A stretch of 42,369 nucleotides of DNA from an uncultured Gammaproteobacteria bacterium (GTDB taxonomy: Bacteria; Pseudomonadota; Gammaproteobacteria; SZUA-229), in contig CBDULX010000003.1 of assembly GCA_965368175.1 (NCBI GenBank), positions 1 through 42,369 of the forward strand, read 5' to 3'. Shown piece after piece: positions 31,276 to 41,214 of this stretch; positions within the stretch are counted from its first letter, which is position 1, and every line of letters begins with the position of its first letter. The translations under genes were made by a program, and so were the position numbers. The notes below the pieces were generated by a model. It saw only the letters and a program-made list of their open reading frames with translations. It was not told where the DNA came from and searched no databases.

Positions 31276-31294
31276 GACTTAATCAGAGACTTCC
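31276..31294. repeat. Solo right end of the MITE family
   Basis: gacttaatcagagacttcc, similar to gacttattcagaggttcc of the 40770 copy. Confidence 0.5.
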
Positions 31295-31593
31295 TGTCAT
31301 CGGAGTCCACTGAATTTCGGTTAAACAACATCCGGGAAAGACAAGGCACATTCATGCTTCGTCTTAATTTAGTGCCATGACTGTCTAAGTAGTGGTTTCT
31401 AATATTAGAAGTTCTGTGCAAACATGAATCAGCAATTGAGTGCCTCTCCTGAAACCCGTTACGGGCCAATATTTCTCTGACATTATGAATATAAACTATT
31501 AATATATACTCATAATAAATATATGGATTTCAATCGAAGCTGAGCTTTTGATTGTTATCCAGCAGTTCCCCAATAACCCCATGGGATGGCGTT

Positions 31594-33801
31594 ATGGACA
31601 AAATAGTTTCATTGATAATGCACCTCATGCGTAGAAACCCGGCCCTGGGCGTTTCCGGTTTGTATGGCGTCATGTCCCTGATCTGGATATTATTTTCCGA
31701 CCAGCTGTCATTACTTATCTCGCAAGACCCTGAATCTCTTATCCATATACAGATGCTTAAAGGCATGGTTTTCATTGTGATTACCACACTGATTCTGTAT
31801 CTATTTTTAAAAAACATATTTGATCGTTATGCTGCCAGCGAACAACACATTAAACAGAGCAATGAGCGTTATCTGTCACTGGTTGAGTCGACCAGCGACT
31901 GGATCTGGGAAGTGGACAAAGATGGCTTTTATACTTATGTCAGTCCTAAAATAAAAGATTTGCTGGGTTACGAACCCCAAGAAATTTTAGGAAAAAGCCC
32001 AACTGACCTGATGCCGGAACAGGAAGCAGAGCGAATTACCAGGATATTGAGAAAATTATTTGCAGCACATGAACCAATAATTAACCTGGAAAACATCAAC
32101 CTGCACATAGATGGTCACCCGGTAATACTGGAAACCAGTGGCGTCCCATTACTCGATAACAAAGGAAAACTGCTGGGCTACCGCGGCATCGACCGTGACA
32201 TTACCGAGCGTAGGCAGTTTGAAACCAGGGCGAATGAACTGGAACGTAAATTCATAACTTTATTAGGGAACTTACGGGGTATGGCTTATCGTTGCCATAA
32301 TGATCACGACTGGACCATGGAATTCATAAGCGATAACTGTCAGGCGCTCACTGGTTACCATATCGACGATCTCCAGTTCAGCCAGAACATTTCCTACAGT
32401 GACCTCATACACCCGGATGATCGAAATATGGTGTGGCAAACTGTACAGCAAAGACTGGCTATGGACTTACCATTCCAGCTGGAGTATCGCATTCAAACCT
32501 TATCCGGTGAGATCAAATGGGTGTGGGAGCAGGGAATTGGGATTAAAGATCCCAGTAACATGCTGATTGCACTGGAAGGCTTTATTACCGATATTACGGA
32601 GCACAAGCTCGCAGAACAGGAAAATGAAAAACTTCAGTCACAATTACGCCATGTACAAAAAATGGAAGCTATCGGTACCCTGGCCGGGGGTATAGCCCAT
32701 GATTTTAACAATCTCCTCACGCCCATCATAGGTTACACCGAACTGGCTATAGAAACCCTGAAAAACAATACAAAGGTTACCACAAATCTGCAACAGGTCC
32801 TCAAAGCCTCAGAACGAGCCAAGGACCTCGTTAAACAGATACTTTCATTCAGTCATCATAGTGATCATGAACGAATACCTGTTCAGATTAATCTGGTTGT
32901 CAATGATGCAATGAAATTATTACGAGCCTCCATCCCGACAACTATAGAAGTCAGACAGAACATCAACTCTAACTGTGGCTATGTACTGGCAGACTCTTCC
33001 CAAATGCATCAAATTGTAATGAATCTGTGCACCAATGCTTACCACTCTATGCGTAATGAAGGTGGCGTTTTGCATACCAGTCTTGAAAAAGTAACCGTCA
33101 ACCCAGAGCAAGCCAGTCTAATAAGCGTTCAACCGGGTGCTTTTATTAAACTTTTAGTCAGCGATACCGGCCACGGCATGGATGAGCAAATCATGGAACG
33201 CATTTTTGAACCTTATTACACTACCAAATCAGAAGACGAAGGCACAGGCCTGGGGCTATCTGTTGTTCATGGCATCGTTCGCAGCCATGGCGGTGGCATT
33301 TCTGTCAGCAGTATAGTTGGTGAAGGCACTAAGTTTGAAATCTATTTACCACAAATCAGTACAGCCAGTCCACAACCTGGAATAGACACGCTTGAACCCA
33401 TTCCATTAGGTAATGAACATATCATGTTAATCGATGATGAAGAATCTATCGTTCAAATGGAAACCAGTCTGCTGGAAAACCTGGGGTACAAAGTCACCGG
33501 CATGACCAGCAGTAATGAAGCACTGGCCATCTTTGAAAGCCAGCCGGATGATATCGACCTGATCATCAGCGATATGACAATGCCACATATGACAGGTGCA
33601 GAACTGGCTATAAAATTCCTGAACATAAGACCAAACATGCCTATTATTTTATGCACCGGTTTCAGTGAAATAATCAACGAAGAGAAGGCCAGAGAAATCG
33701 GCATTCAGGCGTACATTAAGAAGCCTGTACACAGGAAAGACCTGGCCATTGCGGTACGAAGAACACTGGATAGTTCCATGAACTCTCCGCCAGTTAATTA
33801 G
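31594..33801 (+). CDS. Hybrid sensor histidine kinase (2 TM, 2 PAS, HisKA, HATPase, REC)
   Basis: [34 protein letters not shown], receiver LIDDE/SDMTMP/KP. Start uncertain (31552-31627). Confidence 0.93.
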   Translation: MDKIVSLIMHLMRRNPALGVSGLYGVMSLIWILFSDQLSLLISQDPESLIHIQMLKGMVFIVITTLILYLFLKNIFDRYAASEQHIKQSNERYLSLVESTSDWIWEVDKDGFYTYVSPKIKDLLGYEPQEILGKSPTDLMPEQEAERITRILRKLFAAHEPIINLENINLHIDGHPVILETSGVPLLDNKGKLLGYRGIDRDITERRQFETRANELERKFITLLGNLRGMAYRCHNDHDWTMEFISDNCQALTGYHIDDLQFSQNISYSDLIHPDDRNMVWQTVQQRLAMDLPFQLEYRIQTLSGEIKWVWEQGIGIKDPSNMLIALEGFITDITEHKLAEQENEKLQSQLRHVQKMEAIGTLAGGIAHDFNNLLTPIIGYTELAIETLKNNTKVTTNLQQVLKASERAKDLVKQILSFSHHSDHERIPVQINLVVNDAMKLLRASIPTTIEVRQNINSNCGYVLADSSQMHQIVMNLCTNAYHSMRNEGGVLHTSLEKVTVNPEQASLISVQPGAFIKLLVSDTGHGMDEQIMERIFEPYYTTKSEDEGTGLGLSVVHGIVRSHGGGISVSSIVGEGTKFEIYLPQISTASPQPGIDTLEPIPLGNEHIMLIDDEESIVQMETSLLENLGYKVTGMTSSNEALAIFESQPDDIDLIISDMTMPHMTGAELAIKFLNIRPNMPIILCTGFSEIINEEKAREIGIQAYIKKPVHRKDLAIAVRRTLDSSMNSPPVN

Positions 33802-33923
33802 TCAGAAGATTTTTTCTACTAATACCAAAAAAGTCAGACCTTGATATCAACACTTACCTCACTTGATTCTGATTGTGTAACACGCACATCACAAGGATAA
33901 ACGTCGAAGGGGCGAACGCACAA

Positions 33924-34178
33924 ATGTCTAAAATAGCATTCTCAAAAGAAGAAAGAGAAATCCTTGTTCGAAAAATCCAGCTCTACTTTAGCGAAGAACT
34001 TCACCAAAAAATTGGTCAATTCGATGCCCAGTTCCTGCTTGACTTCATCTCAGATGAAATTGGACCCTATTATTACAACCTGGGTTTATATGATGCTCAG
34101 GCTGTATTAGACAGTAAGCTCGAAAATATAGTCGAGGCTATCTATGAAATTGAAAAACCGACAGAGTTTGTCAGGTAA
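33924..34178 (+). CDS. DUF2164 family protein
   Basis: IQLYFSEEL..IGQFDAQFLLDFI..IGPYYYNLGLYDA; ATG 33924. Confidence 0.85.
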   Translation: MSKIAFSKEEREILVRKIQLYFSEELHQKIGQFDAQFLLDFISDEIGPYYYNLGLYDAQAVLDSKLENIVEAIYEIEKPTEFVR

Positions 34179-34577
34179 ATACTTTAACCAACTAATCAAT
34201 TTCCACAGCTGATCGCTCAAAATTTGTTTTCGTAGAACAAACTAACAATCTCGACTTTTAACACATATGAGCATTGCGAGTATTATGAAGACGAATTCAT
34301 TGCCGGAGAATATACCATTAGTATCTGAAGAGACTCTCTGATCCATGGCACACGCTCACCACGTTTGAAAAGATTGACAATAAATCATCACCGTGGTTAA
34401 GAGGCAGATGACAGACAATACATTTTAAAAATTTAATAGCAAATAACGACTAAACGAGCAAGCATTATATTTCGCGTCCGAAACTGATGCTATTTCTCTT
34501 TCCAGAAAGTCGAAAAATGTCCTCCGCTTCCTTAGAAGTAATACATCAGGTGACTCGCCGTTATTAATATAACACCT

Positions 34578-35021
34578 CTAATGCACTGGCAAATGTTCAG
34601 GCAAATGATTACGAATATCATCCGCACTATGCAAAGTAAGATTTTTGTCTAATTCAAAACAGATAGATTTTCTAACTGCATCTGACAACTGGTTTCGTAT
34701 CTCACCAAGAAAAGCGGGTGCCGATATAATTAACAATTTCTTAAATTTGTTTGCCTGGTAAGCTTCATCCAGATGTCTGGCAATCCATTTGGCAAAAACA
34801 GTCATTTCCTGCTCCCTGGGTTCAGTCTCATCCTGATATGCATGACCACCAGCACCAGCTGCACCCGCATTTTTACCAGGCAGATCACTGACCATCAACT
34901 GATCATGCAATCGCCCTTCGGGATGTGATATCGACTCTATCTCCTTCAATGCTGAAGTCGGTGTTTCTGCAGAAAAGATACGCCCTCGGCTACTGTCTGC
35001 AACAAGTACCCAGCTTTTCAT
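34578..35021 (-). CDS. Host-attachment family protein (baeRF-like, eRF1-related fold)
   Basis: WVLVADSSRGRIF, SDLPG, FAKWIA, LLIISAPAFLGEIR, ELDKNLT; AGGAG RBS. Confidence 0.85.
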   Translation of the reverse strand: MKSWVLVADSSRGRIFSAETPTSALKEIESISHPEGRLHDQLMVSDLPGKNAGAAGAGGHAYQDETEPREQEMTVFAKWIARHLDEAYQANKFKKLLIISAPAFLGEIRNQLSDAVRKSICFELDKNLTLHSADDIRNHLPEHLPVH

Positions 35022-35596
35022 TTGTACACTCCTTATTTAGGCATTGATTAAACATACAATAATATACATCAACTACACATAAAACATCGAAAAATTGTAG
35101 CTATCGGTGTATCAATTTTATTCAGCTCAATATAACAATCAACTGACAGACGAATCAGTCAATAAAATGCATTCTTACTATAGAGCAAACATAAATGCGT
35201 ATACAAGTACTCTCTCACATAGAGTTCAGCAGAAAAAATTCTATGGGCCTGTTTCTTTAATTATGTATACGTTAACCTGATTACAGATTGCGCTAATATT
35301 AGAAACAGCTACTTTCTAGATATAAATTTAAATACTACTTTTTCTATCCTTATTACGCTTGATAGAAGTTAATTATTATTATGACTGCCGACTAATTGTA
35401 ATCAGTAATTGTACTTATATTAAGACATTAAATTAATTTATAGTGTGGTGCTCAACCATAAAACCTACGGCCGACGTTTTACGCTGCTATAAAGTGCACA
35501 ACCAAAAGACGTTACAGTTGACGAACATCAACACATAAAGACCTTAAGTCACGTTAAGCTTTTTATAATTGATAAGGCTAACATGGAATCATCGAC

Positions 35597-35842
35597 ATGA
35601 CACAGTCTCTTAACCTAAAACAGGTAGGTGCACCGGATCCTGAGCTTAAAAACTCCCCCGTCATTATGGAAATCGACGAAGAACGTGAATACATGAAACA
35701 GGAAATACCAGGTGAGCCGGTATGTTATTTTAACAATGAAAGCTATGGCAATGGCAGCTTAATCTGCAGCAGCAATATATTGTTACGTTGTGATCATGGT
35801 ATCTGGATACAGTCGGGAACCTGCGATCCTGAAAATCTGTAA
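35597..35842 (+). CDS. Small Cys-containing hypothetical protein (DUF1496-like)
   Basis: CYFNNESY..G..IC....LLRC..G.W...GTC. Confidence 0.7.
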   Translation: MTQSLNLKQVGAPDPELKNSPVIMEIDEEREYMKQEIPGEPVCYFNNESYGNGSLICSSNILLRCDHGIWIQSGTCDPENL

Positions 35843-35938
35843 CATCTCAGAAGACGTGATTAAATCTCGTAAAATCCACCTTTATTGGTATCCATTTCTC
35901 AAAATAGTTTGATATTATCCCACGTTAGTGAGCTGGCG

Positions 35939-36433
35939 ATGAAAAAAATCGGGAAACATACAAGATTCAAAAGATTTACTAAAGATGTTCTGGTCCATAC
36001 GCCATTCATAAAAATGGTTATCTTACTGGTAGTATTATGGCTGTTCTTTTCTACTGGATTATATCTTGCAGAGCGGCATACTCCGGGAGCCGTTGTGACA
36101 TCGTTTGTTAACGCCTTATACTGGGGTGTGGCCGCTTTCTCGACCGCTGGCATAGCTGATACTCCAAAATCTGGTGTTGCTCAATTGGTAGGTGGCATCT
36201 GGATAATAGTAGGTTCAACTCTGTTCTTTGGCACAATTGTAGCGACAGTAACCACGTATTTTATGCGTCCTCTGCAACGTCCCGGAAAAAGAATAATCGA
36301 TTCCATAGAATACAATCTTGAGCAACTGGATGAATTATCAATCGAAGAACTGGATTTACTAAAAGAAACTGTCGACACACTCATTATTCATGTTGAACAC
36401 TTAAAAAAGAAGCAAACATTAAAATCACAATAA
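35939..36433 (+). CDS. Two-TM potassium-channel-family protein (Ion_trans_2) with atypical filter
   Basis: TM1, FVNALYWGVAAFSTAGIAD.P, TM2, C-terminal acidic helix. Confidence 0.8.
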   Translation: MKKIGKHTRFKRFTKDVLVHTPFIKMVILLVVLWLFFSTGLYLAERHTPGAVVTSFVNALYWGVAAFSTAGIADTPKSGVAQLVGGIWIIVGSTLFFGTIVATVTTYFMRPLQRPGKRIIDSIEYNLEQLDELSIEELDLLKETVDTLIIHVEHLKKKQTLKSQ

Positions 36434-36491
36434 CTGTTAGTTGCATATATCTGCGATTAGCAAGTAGCAGACTGATCAAAAAATTTAAAAC

Positions 36492-36588
36492 TTTGCCACA
36501 AAGGCACAGAGAACACAGAGTTATTTATAAGTACGTCCTAATACAACTACGACTGTTTTCTCTGCGTTCTCTATGCCTCTGTGGCAAA
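36492..36588. repeat. Inverted repeat of 9-bp CACAGAG-type units
   Basis: tttgccacaaaggcacagagaacacagag / ctctgcgttctctatgcctctgtggcaaa; 26 of 29 positions complementary. Confidence 0.8.
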
Positions 36589-36649
36589 TCTTTTGATTTC
36601 AAGTTAGTTAATGTCAGCTACAGGGTGTTAAAAGACACTCAGCTCAGCC

Positions 36650-36707
36650 CAGACCTGAATTGTCAAATTAAGTTTAAGGCTATTTAAAATGTGTCAGATC
36701 AGGTTTG
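36650..36707. repeat. Degenerate inverted repeat downstream of deaD
   Basis: cagacctgaattgtcaaatt / aatgtgtcagatcaggtttg; 15 of 20 complementary. Confidence 0.4.
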
Positions 36708-36793
36708 AACCACTATCGATAAATCACCCAATGTTACCACTGCTGGCGTATTATTCTGCGAATTTCAATACAAACTGCAATTGACTCATCGAA

Positions 36794-38632
36794 TCAATTT
36801 TCCTGCACTTTTTTCTTAATGATTTTTAAAGTCCCTGCGTCATCTTTCTTTCGTCTTTTCCCTTTGTCCTTGTTTTTACCTTTATGTTTGCTTTTATCTT
36901 TAATTTTAGATTTAGGCTTAGATTTAAGCCTGGGTCGTTCATCTGACTTCCCGGGCCCGCCTTCCTGCGATAATCGGGAAATATTTAATTGCTGTCCCGA
37001 TACCCAGGCCTTTTTCAATATATTGATACTGTCTTTGGGCATATCTTCAGGTAAATCCACCAGACTGTAATCATCATAAATATCGATTCGCCCGATGAGT
37101 TTGCTGTCAATGCCGGCTTCGTTCGCGATAGCTCCGACGATATTGCCAGGCAAAACCTTATGCTTACGACCAACTTCAATGCGGAAACGAACCTTACCTT
37201 CATCAGGCCGCGATTCTTTTTTGGAGGAGCGCTCTCGCTCTTTCCGTACTGGTTTTTCACGTCTTTGGGCTGGTTCTCTGTCCCAGCTGTCCTTTGATTT
37301 CCTTTCCGGTTTATTTTGCAACAGGAAAGGCGAATCACCTTGCAGCAACTGGGCAAGTGCGGCGGCAATTTCCAGTGCCGGTACATTGTGTTCCTGCTGG
37401 TATTGCTCAATCATCTGATAAAAATGCCCCAGCTCTTCAGTTGCCAGCGTATCGCTTATGCGTTGCTTGAATTGCACAATGCGTTTGTCATTGATCAGCT
37501 CAGTCGAAGGCAGCTCCATCATTTCGATTTCTTTCCTGGTGGCTTTTTCGATGGCGTGAAGCAAACGCTTTTCACGCGGAGCCACAAACAGGATAGCATC
37601 GCCTTTCCGGCCTGCACGACCCGTACGTCCAATACGATGCACATAAGACTCTGTATCATGTGGAATATCATAATTCACTACGTGACTAATACGCTCTACG
37701 TCGAGACCACGTGCGGCGACGTCGGTGGCAATAAGAATATCCAGTTTGCCTTTTTTAATATTTTCAATAGTACGCTCGCGCAGGTTTTGCTGGATGTCAC
37801 CGTTGAGGGGTGCTGCCGCATAACCGCGCGCCTCCAGCTTTTCTGCTAATTCAAGTGTTGCAATTTTGGTACGCACGAAAATAATCATGCCATCAAAAGG
37901 CTCAGCTTCGAGGATACGGGTTAATGCATCCAGTTTATGCATACCACTTACTGGCCAGAAGCGCTGACGAATGGTATCGACCGTTGTGGTTTTACTCTTG
38001 ATAGTAATTTGTTCGGGTTCATTCAAATATTTCGTCGCAATACGGCGAATTTGCTGTGGCATAGTGGCCGAGAACAGAGCAATTTGCCTTTTATCTGGTG
38101 TCTGCTCAAGTATCCACTCCACATCATCGATAAAACCCATACGTAGCATTTCATCGGCTTCATCCAGCACCAGTGTACTGAGTTTATCCAGTTTTAAGGT
38201 GCCACGACGCATATGGTCCATCACACGACCCGGCGTTCCCACCACCACATGTACACCACGCTGCAGAGCATGGATTTGTCCACGGTAATCCTGACCGCCA
38301 TAAACGGGTAACACATGAAAACCTTTCAAATGCTTGGCGTATTTTTGAAATGCCTCCGCCACCTGGATAGCCAGTTCACGGGTGGGCGCCAGCACTAACA
38401 CCTGCGGATCTTTCTGGCTTAAATCGAGCATGGATAACAGAGGCAAAGCAAAAGCCGCCGTTTTACCTGTACCTGTTTGTGCCTGCCCCAGCACATCCTT
38501 GCCTGCCAGCAATAAGGGAATCGTTTGAGCCTGTATGGGTGAGGGGGTTTCATAACCTACGTCATCCAGGGCTTTTAGAATTGAGTCATTAAGCGCCAGT
38601 TGATTAAAAGCGGTTATTGTGTCGGTTGTCAT
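36794..38632 (-). CDS. deaD: DEAD-box RNA helicase DeaD/CsdA
   Basis: AQTGTGKT, PTRELA, DEADEMLRMGF, SAT, HRIGRTGRAG, DbpA RNA-binding domain (GNIVGAIANEAG), Lys-rich tail; ATG 38632. Confidence 0.94.
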   Translation of the reverse strand: MTTDTITAFNQLALNDSILKALDDVGYETPSPIQAQTIPLLLAGKDVLGQAQTGTGKTAAFALPLLSMLDLSQKDPQVLVLAPTRELAIQVAEAFQKYAKHLKGFHVLPVYGGQDYRGQIHALQRGVHVVVGTPGRVMDHMRRGTLKLDKLSTLVLDEADEMLRMGFIDDVEWILEQTPDKRQIALFSATMPQQIRRIATKYLNEPEQITIKSKTTTVDTIRQRFWPVSGMHKLDALTRILEAEPFDGMIIFVRTKIATLELAEKLEARGYAAAPLNGDIQQNLRERTIENIKKGKLDILIATDVAARGLDVERISHVVNYDIPHDTESYVHRIGRTGRAGRKGDAILFVAPREKRLLHAIEKATRKEIEMMELPSTELINDKRIVQFKQRISDTLATEELGHFYQMIEQYQQEHNVPALEIAAALAQLLQGDSPFLLQNKPERKSKDSWDREPAQRREKPVRKERERSSKKESRPDEGKVRFRIEVGRKHKVLPGNIVGAIANEAGIDSKLIGRIDIYDDYSLVDLPEDMPKDSINILKKAWVSGQQLNISRLSQEGGPGKSDERPRLKSKPKSKIKDKSKHKGKNKDKGKRRKKDDAGTLKIIKKKVQEN

Positions 38633-38833
38633 GTGTAATACCTGAAAATAAATGAAATACGTGGAACGCCAGAATACCTGGCTGGGGAGAATCACAGTTT
38701 ACGCTAATATTAGAAGAAATTGTGCCCTGAGCTCATTTTTTACTGTTTTATTTTATTTACAAATAAACTGCGACCATTCCTGGCTTCTTACGTCTATATC
38801 ATTGAGTAAACAATTTTTAAATGAGAATCGACC

Positions 38834-39346
38834 ATGAAACGCTTCCATATACACATTGCAGTAGAAAACCTGCCCGAAAGCATTGATTTTTATAGCAAAA
38901 TGTTTGCCACGGCACCTACAACAGAACGATCAGATTATGCAAAATGGCTGCTGGATGATCCGGGTCTCAATTTTGCCATTTCATCACGGGGCCATGCCAG
39001 CGGAATCAATCACCTTGGCTTTCAGGTTGATACACAGGAAGAGCTTGAAACACTCAAACATCTTGCTGAAACGGCATCAGATGACAAAGTACTGGATCAG
39101 GGTAAGACTTCCTGTTGTTATTCAAATAGCGAAAAACACTGGACAATTGACCCCCAGGGACTGGCATGGGAACATTTTCATACACTTTCTGAGGCAATCG
39201 ATTTTGGTGTTGAATCCTCAGCACAAACTGGCGCCTGCTGTATTCCAGTTAGAGGATCTGAGCAGGATAATGCACAGTCAAAAAGCCAGTGCTGTATCCC
39301 TAAATCAGAAACTGGCACCGCCACTTCCACTCCATGCTGTGATTGA
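38834..39346 (+). CDS. ArsI/CadI-family VOC metalloenzyme with Cys-rich tail
   Basis: RFHIHIAV, DYAKW.LDDP.LNFAIS, NHLGFQV, SCCYS.SEKHW..DPQG..WEHF; tail CC..CC..CC. Confidence 0.88.
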   Translation: MKRFHIHIAVENLPESIDFYSKMFATAPTTERSDYAKWLLDDPGLNFAISSRGHASGINHLGFQVDTQEELETLKHLAETASDDKVLDQGKTSCCYSNSEKHWTIDPQGLAWEHFHTLSEAIDFGVESSAQTGACCIPVRGSEQDNAQSKSQCCIPKSETGTATSTPCCD

Positions 39347-39361
39347 GCCGCTGACAACACT

Positions 39362-39943
39362 ATGACCCAGAACCCTGACCAGCCAGACAATCTTGCCGAG
39401 TCCTTCCAGCTTCTACGACGTGGTTTGCTGGCTTACTTTAATCACAAGGTCAGCAATCAGGCCATTGCGGAAGATTTATTGCAGGATGTTTTCCTTAAGG
39501 CGATCACTGCAAACCAGAATAATACTCTCCCAAAGAATGTCAGGAGCTGGATCTATACTATTGCAAACAACACCCTGATTGATTTCTATCGATCAAAAAA
39601 GCCTGCGATGGCTATTCCGGAAAACCAGGCAACAGACGACAGCTCCGATGAACTCGTACGGCAGGAGTTATCAGCCTGCCTGCTTCCGCTTACCCGTCAA
39701 TTACCCGACATATACAGAGACACCCTGATTGCTACCGATATTGAAGGGAGAACTATGAAAACCGTTGCGAAAGAATTAAAACTTTCAGAATCTGCCATTA
39801 AGAGCCGGGCAAGCCGGGCAAGACAATTACTAAAACTAAAATTACTCGAGTGCTGCCATATCGAGTTAGCGACTAACAACTCAGTAACTGACTACCAGAT
39901 CCAGACAACTGCAGGATCTGAGCATTGTCATTGTGATGACTGA
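39362..39943 (+). CDS. sigZ: ECF sigma factor, SigZ-like
   Basis: AEDLLQDVFLK, WIYTIANNTLIDFYR, CLLP...LPDIYR, KSRASRAR..LK..LLECC. Confidence 0.8.
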   Translation: MTQNPDQPDNLAESFQLLRRGLLAYFNHKVSNQAIAEDLLQDVFLKAITANQNNTLPKNVRSWIYTIANNTLIDFYRSKKPAMAIPENQATDDSSDELVRQELSACLLPLTRQLPDIYRDTLIATDIEGRTMKTVAKELKLSESAIKSRASRARQLLKLKLLECCHIELATNNSVTDYQIQTTAGSEHCHCDD

Positions 39944-40133
39944 CAAGTTCCTGATATTCGCTTATCAGGTCTGGTTTAACAATGATTTATTTTATTTAGA
40001 ACACCCCCTATTAAACGATAACGAATGATTATTTAATATCAGACTATTGTTCATAGCATACTTTTGGCCTTATACTTGGCGCTAACATTGTTTCAAAATA
40101 AAATAAACAATTTTAGCTAAACAAGGACATTTT

Positions 40134-40751
40134 ATGAAAAAACTCTTATCTGTAATTTTTATGTCACTTACCGTTATAGGTTGCGCTACTCTATTCTCAC
40201 CCAGCTCAGATACAATAAAATTAGTTTCAGACCAGAACAATATCACCGCCTATTTAGATGGTGTCCGTCTCGGGACATTACCACTTGAAGTATCTCTTGA
40301 ACGGGATGTCTTCAATCACAAATCTTTTACCTTCAAAAAACCAGGCTATAAAACACTGGAAGTACGTGCAAAAAAATCATTCAATAAAATTTCTTTCTTA
40401 AATCTTACATCTGGACTTTCCTGGACAACCGATGCAGTTAGTGGAAATATGATGGAGTATTCACCAGGACAATACCTGATTGAACTTGAGCCTTTGAATG
40501 TTTCACAATTCGACCGCAAAGAGCTCGAATTAAAATACTTTATTGGATCACAGTTCAGAAACATTCAAACTGATTTAGCACGTGGTAAAGGAATCCATAT
40601 AGATACATTGTTTGTGCTGGTAAATGACACTTACAAACAATCGGGCAATGTAATTAATCCCAGGCTTAAAACCACATTAATTACCAGTAAAAACCCTGCT
40701 GAGTTTATAAATGCATTACTAAGCAGCATTAAAACTAACACATCGACTTAA
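40134..40751 (+). CDS. Lipoprotein with PEGA-like domain
   Basis: Lipobox VIGC; YLDG..LGTLP, FKKPGY, DAVSG; C-terminal DLARGKG.HIDTL. Confidence 0.7.
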   Translation: MKKLLSVIFMSLTVIGCATLFSPSSDTIKLVSDQNNITAYLDGVRLGTLPLEVSLERDVFNHKSFTFKKPGYKTLEVRAKKSFNKISFLNLTSGLSWTTDAVSGNMMEYSPGQYLIELEPLNVSQFDRKELELKYFIGSQFRNIQTDLARGKGIHIDTLFVLVNDTYKQSGNVINPRLKTTLITSKNPAEFINALLSSIKTNTST

Positions 40752-40769
40752 AACCTCTGCCGATAACCA

Positions 40770-40826
40770 GGGAACCTCTGATCAAGTCTCATGGCTTTAT
40801 AAAGTCAGACTTATTCAGAGGTTCCC
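40770..40826. mobile_element. MITE copy (best-preserved inverted repeats)
   Basis: gggaacctctgatcaagtct ... agacttattcagaggttccc. Confidence 0.75.
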
Positions 40827-41214
40827 ATCAAATCCAGAGAGTAATAGTCGCTTAAATTAGCCATTATTGCTCTCCATTCCCTTCTTTCCAGTATTTATAA
40901 AATCTATAGGAAAATCTCCCACCAGCCTGAATTTTTAAACCCTCTAATCAAAGATCATATTCATCATAAGCCTGACACCATGTCAAACTCCTGTAACACA
41001 CAAAACTCAATAACTTACAAACTAAATGTAATGTTTTTTCGTGAAATATCTCTCTAACTGGAAACTATACTCATCAGCTAAATTAAACGTTTCCTAAATC
41101 ACTTAAAAATGAATACATCTTTGTGATGCACTTAAAAGTTAATTTGATTTATGTCTCCTATTGTTAACAACATTATCAGGCCAGTCCTGCATTCACAGTT
41201 TATAGGTAATCGCG

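Noticed and set aside
34230-34570. Possible pseudogene fragments or short ORFs
   Set aside because: Frames are short with no recognisable similarity.
36493-36687. 64-aa ORF MPQRHREHRV...
   Set aside because: Translation of the 9-bp inverted repeat.
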